Source of the DNA: Chiayiivirga flava | GTDB lineage: Bacteria > Pseudomonadota > Gammaproteobacteria > Xanthomonadales > Xanthomonadaceae | Length of the DNA stretch: 64,000 nt | NCBI GenBank assembly: GCA_037190825.1 | Contig: JBBCJS010000003.1 | Span: forward strand, 1-64,000 | Reading direction: 5' to 3' | Part shown: one piece after another, positions 59,747-64,000 of the stretch | Layout of the letters: each line of letters begins with the position of its first letter | How positions within the stretch are numbered: position 1 is the first letter of the stretch | Notes under the pieces: model-generated | Database searches by the model: none | What the model was told of the DNA's origin: nothing | The model's input: the letters and a program-made list of their open reading frames with translations, nothing else | Program-made: the position numbers and the translations under genes

Positions 59747-60117
59747 CGCAGGCTCCTGGGAGCGTCGTCGCGGCGCAGGCCGAGGCCCTGCAAGAGATTC
59801 TTGCCGCACAGTACGAAGTAGAGCCATGCCTTTCGCCAGCGATTGCCCAGCAGCACGATGTGGATGTGCCAGCCTTTTTCCCGGCGCGCGCTGTAGCCGC
59901 TGTAGAGCAGCGTGTACGCCTGCGGATCGCCAGTGTGTTCGCGCGCCAGCCGCCCGGCTTCGCGCAGGCCGAGCGTCAGCATTTCCCGCACTTCTTCGGC
60001 ATCCGGCTGCCCCTGCGCGAGAGGGAAGGCCAGCACGTAGTAATGCGGGATCAGTTCGCGCCGGATCCGCAGCAGTACGCACTGCCGGCCGGAGGCGAGT
60101 GCGTGCTGCTGTTTCAT
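59743..60117 (-). CDS. Small HIT-like (histidine-triad-like) protein
   Basis: 124 aa; WHIHIVLLG resembles the HxHxHxx HIT motif; translationally coupled (ATGA overlap) to the HD protein gene. Confidence 0.55.
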   Translation of the reverse strand: MKQQHALASGRQCVLLRIRRELIPHYYVLAFPLAQGQPDAEEVREMLTLGLREAGRLAREHTGDPQAYTLLYSGYSARREKGWHIHIVLLGNRWRKAWLYFVLCGKNLLQGLGLRRDDAPRSLR

Positions 60118-60124
60118 GGCCGGA

Positions 60125-61492
<1,368 letters not shown>

Positions 61493-61502
61493 GGCGCGAC
61501 CG

Positions 61503-61970
61503 TCAGGAGATGACGAACAGGGGTTCGTCGAACTCGACCGGCTGGCCGTTCGTGGCCAGGATCGCGGTGACGGTGCCGGCGACTTCGGCTTCGATCGGGT
61601 TGAACATCTTCATCGCCTCGATGATGGCGAGGGTATCGCCTACCTTGACCGTCTGGCCGACGCTGACGAACGGCGGGGCGTCGGGGCTGGCGGAGGCGTA
61701 GTAGGTGCCGACCATCGGCGAGCGCAGGATCTGGCCGGGCGGCAGGTCGGCATGGCCCCTGGCAGCCTCGGGGGCCGATGCGGCCGGTGCCGGAGTGATC
61801 GCCTGCGGTGCGGCGATGGGGGCGGGCGCAGCGGCCTGGTACACCTGCGCCGGCGCGCCGGTGGCCGCGCGCGAGAGGCGGACCGATTCCTCGCCTTCCT
61901 TGATCTCGATCTCGGTGAGGTTGGATTCTTCGAGAAGATCGATCAGCTTCTTGATTTTTCGCAGGTCCAT
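61503..61970 (-). CDS. accB: Acetyl-CoA carboxylase biotin carboxyl carrier protein
   Basis: [24 protein letters not shown]; Ala/Pro linker; biotinylation motif EAMKMFN. Confidence 0.9.
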   Translation of the reverse strand: MDLRKIKKLIDLLEESNLTEIEIKEGEESVRLSRAATGAPAQVYQAAAPAPIAAPQAITPAPAASAPEAARGHADLPPGQILRSPMVGTYYASASPDAPPFVSVGQTVKVGDTLAIIEAMKMFNPIEAEVAGTVTAILATNGQPVEFDEPLFVIS

Positions 61971-62013
61971 GTCGGTTTCCGATGCAGGCTCGCGCGGCGC
62001 GCGGAGCAATGGG

Positions 62014-62469
62014 TCAAGTGGTTTTTGGGGATGTTTCGAGGTGGCGCACGGCGGCGGCCAGCGCCAGGCCGTAGCTCAACGGGCCGAAGCCGGCGACGAC
62101 GCCGACGGCCAGGTCGGTGAAATAGCTGGTGTGGCGGAAGGGTTCGCGCCGGTGCGGGTTGGACAGGTGCACTTCGATGAACGGGATGCCCACCGCCGCC
62201 AGCGCGTCGCGGATCGCCACGCTGGTGTGGGTGAAGGCGGCGGGGTTGATCAGGATGAAGTCGGTGCCATCGCCGCGCGCGGCCTGGATGCGGTTCACCA
62301 GGTCGTGCTCGGCATTGGACTGGAAGCTCGTCAGCGCGTGGCCGTGCCCGGCGGCGCGGGTGGCGAGGTCGGCATCGATGGTGGCCAGGTCCGTGTGCCC
62401 GTAGATGCCCGGCTCGCGCGTGCCGAGCAGGTTGAGGTTGGGGCCGTGCAGGACGAGAAGGCGCGCCAT
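62014..62469 (-). CDS. aroQ: 3-dehydroquinate dehydratase, type II
   Basis: [21 protein letters not shown] ... [15 protein letters not shown]. Confidence 0.95.
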   Translation of the reverse strand: MARLLVLHGPNLNLLGTREPGIYGHTDLATIDADLATRAAGHGHALTSFQSNAEHDLVNRIQAARGDGTDFILINPAAFTHTSVAIRDALAAVGIPFIEVHLSNPHRREPFRHTSYFTDLAVGVVAGFGPLSYGLALAAAVRHLETSPKTT

Positions 62470-62596
62470 GTGGCTCGGGAACGATCCGTTGCGGGGGGCG
62501 GCAGTGTGCGGCAGAGGCCGGGGCTTGTCCAGAAATTTTGCGGAAGTTCGGCGAAGTTGGACGATTTAATCGACTGTTTGAATTTTGCCGCCGGGT

Positions 62597-63193
62597 TCAG
62601 TCGGCAACCCAATCTTCCAGCTCGTTGTCCCGGAACGCGCCGAGCTTGGTCTTGCGCAGTCTGCCGTCCGCGTCGATCAGTACCGAGTAGGGCAGCACGC
62701 CGCGTGCGTTGCCGAGCAGGACGGAGCTGTCGTTGGGGCCGGAGGTTTCCAGGTAGATGGGGAAGGCGACGGGATGGCGCGCGAGGAAATCCTTCACTTC
62801 GTCCGGTTCGTCCAGCGCGATGCCGACCACGCGCACGCCATCGGGGCCTTGCGTGGTAGCGAGGGTGTCCAGCAGCGGCATCTCCTCCACGCAGGGCGGG
62901 CACCAGCTCGCCCAATAGTTGATGAGGATCGGTTGTGCGCCCGTTCCGAGCGTATGTGGCTGGCCGTCCAGCCCACGCAGCGGCAGCGGCGGCACGCTGT
63001 CGCCGAAGCCGATCACGGCGCGGCCATCGGGTGTCGTGGCCTGATGGCCGAGCAGGTGGCGCAGCGCCCATTGGCCAGCCGGCGTGCCGAGTACCGCGCC
63101 GGGGCCGAGTACGGCCATCGCCGCGCCCAGCCCGGCCATCGCGCCGACCAGGCCGAGCGCGCCGATCAGGACGACCTGCTTCCACGGCTTCAC
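62597..63193 (-). CDS. TlpA/ResA-like periplasmic thiol:disulfide oxidoreductase (thioredoxin fold)
   Basis: WASWCPPCVEE active site; N-terminal TM anchor; probable GTG start at ~63193 directly abutting the dsbD stop; the track ORF to 63808 is an out-of-frame extension over dsbD. Confidence 0.8.
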   Translation of the reverse strand: MKPWKQVVLIGALGLVGAMAGLGAAMAVLGPGAVLGTPAGQWALRHLLGHQATTPDGRAVIGFGDSVPPLPLRGLDGQPHTLGTGAQPILINYWASWCPPCVEEMPLLDTLATTQGPDGVRVVGIALDEPDEVKDFLARHPVAFPIYLETSGPNDSSVLLGNARGVLPYSVLIDADGRLRKTKLGAFRDNELEDWVAD

Positions 63194-64000
63194 GGCGTGC
63201 TTTCCAGCGCGTGTTCCACCATGTCCAGCGTCAGCACGGTCGGCAGCACGGTATCGGGCCGGCCGGGGGCGATCACCACGTACAACGGCACGCCGACCGC
63301 GCCGTGGGATTCGAGGAAGGCGGTGATGGCCGGGTCCACGTTGGTCCAGTCGCCTTTCATGTAGACCGCCTCGTGGCGGGCGAGCAGGCTGCGGAAGCCG
63401 TCGGTGTCCAGCACGCGCTTTTCGTTGAATTTGCAGGTGACGCACCAGTCCGCCGTCATGTTGACGAACACGGTGCGGCCTTCGGCGCGCAGGGCATCGA
63501 GGCGTGCGGCGGAATAGGGCGCCGATCCGTTGGTGGCGGCTTCCGCCGCCGTCGGCGCGGCGAGCGCGGGAATCTTCCAAAGCGGCCACAGGGCCAGCGC
63601 CAGCAACGCCAGCGCCAGCACCCGCGCCGCGGTGCCGCCGCCCCAGCGCGCCTTTTCCCAGCGCCACAGCGCCAGCGCCAGCACCACGATGCCGGCCAGG
63701 GCATAGCCCAGCGCATCCACGCCGCGCTGCTGGCCCAGCACCCACAGCAGCCACACGGCGGTCAGGTACATCGGGAAGGCGAGCGCCTGCTTGAGCGTCT
63801 CCATCCACGCGCCGGGGCGCGGCAGGCGCTTTGCCAGTGCCGGCACGAAGCCGATCAGGAGGAACGGCAGCGCCAGTCCCAGGCCGAGCGCGAGGAACAC
63901 CGTCAGCGCCAGCGCCGGCGAGGCGGCGAACGCGAAGGCCAGCGCCGAACCCATCAGCGGCGCGGTGCAGGGGCTGGCGACCACCACGGCCAATACGCCG
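63190..64000 (-). CDS. dsbD: Thiol:disulfide interchange protein DsbD (C-terminal part; gene continues beyond the window end)
   Basis: TM-domain helices and C-terminal thioredoxin-like domain with WCVTCKFNEKRVL; 5' end lies off-window. Confidence 0.85.
   Translation of the reverse strand, partial: GVLAVVVASPCTAPLMGSALAFAFAASPALALTVFLALGLGLALPFLLIGFVPALAKRLPRPGAWMETLKQALAFPMYLTAVWLLWVLGQQRGVDALGYALAGIVVLALALWRWEKARWGGGTAARVLALALLALALWPLWKIPALAAPTAAEAATNGSAPYSAARLDALRAEGRTVFVNMTADWCVTCKFNEKRVLDTDGFRSLLARHEAVYMKGDWTNVDPAITAFLESHGAVGVPLYVVIAPGRPDTVLPTVLTLDMVEHALESTP

Noticed and set aside
61979-62013. GC-rich imperfect palindrome between aroQ and accB as a terminator or attenuator
   Set aside because: Stem complementarity is imperfect and no U-tract follows on the coding strand. 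It may simply be high-GC spacer upstream of the accB TTG/ATG start region.
62597-63808. 403-aa ORF as a single protein
   Set aside because: The N-terminal ~200 codons are an out-of-frame overlap with the dsbD coding region. Only the C-terminal thioredoxin (TlpA-like) part, from the GTG at ~63193, is credible.

Overview
High-GC (~68-70%) chromosomal segment with Xanthomonadaceae/Lysobacteraceae-like synteny (inferred from gene order and repeat type, not searched). The order on the minus strand is dsbD-tlpA-aroQ-accB-accC ... prmA ... fis-purH ... mutS; miaA and purD are also present. About 45 protein genes are supported; no rRNA, tRNA or CRISPR array was seen. Housekeeping genes are interleaved with accessory material: (i) two tandem M9 collagenase paralogues carrying C-terminal PPC domains and flanking purD; (ii) a flotillin operon (yqiJ-yqiK) followed by a low-GC NYN/OST-HTH gene and a giant 1804-aa AAA+ protein that contains an in-frame REP-doublet insertion; (iii) two paralogous Phd/YefM-PIN toxin-antitoxin modules; (iv) a moderately low-GC islet between mutS and queH encoding an HNH-nuclease/ABC-type-ATPase fusion (candidate single-gene defence) plus a membrane protein with a degenerate pilin-like helix; (v) endonuclease V sitting between two copies of the 5' end of a ubiB-family kinase gene; (vi) a low-GC island (about 44.8-49.3 kb) with two secreted beta-rich proteins; (vii) two families of nested-hairpin REP-like elements. 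The most unusual cross-cutting signal is a short motif, hydrophobic-F-x-D-(G/E/S)-F-E, at the extreme C-terminus of five unrelated secreted proteins and at the catalytic-domain/PPC boundary of both collagenases. This looks like a shared, undescribed C-terminal processing or sorting element. Gene starts were refined by codon arithmetic from the ORF-track stops; they are approximate where noted.
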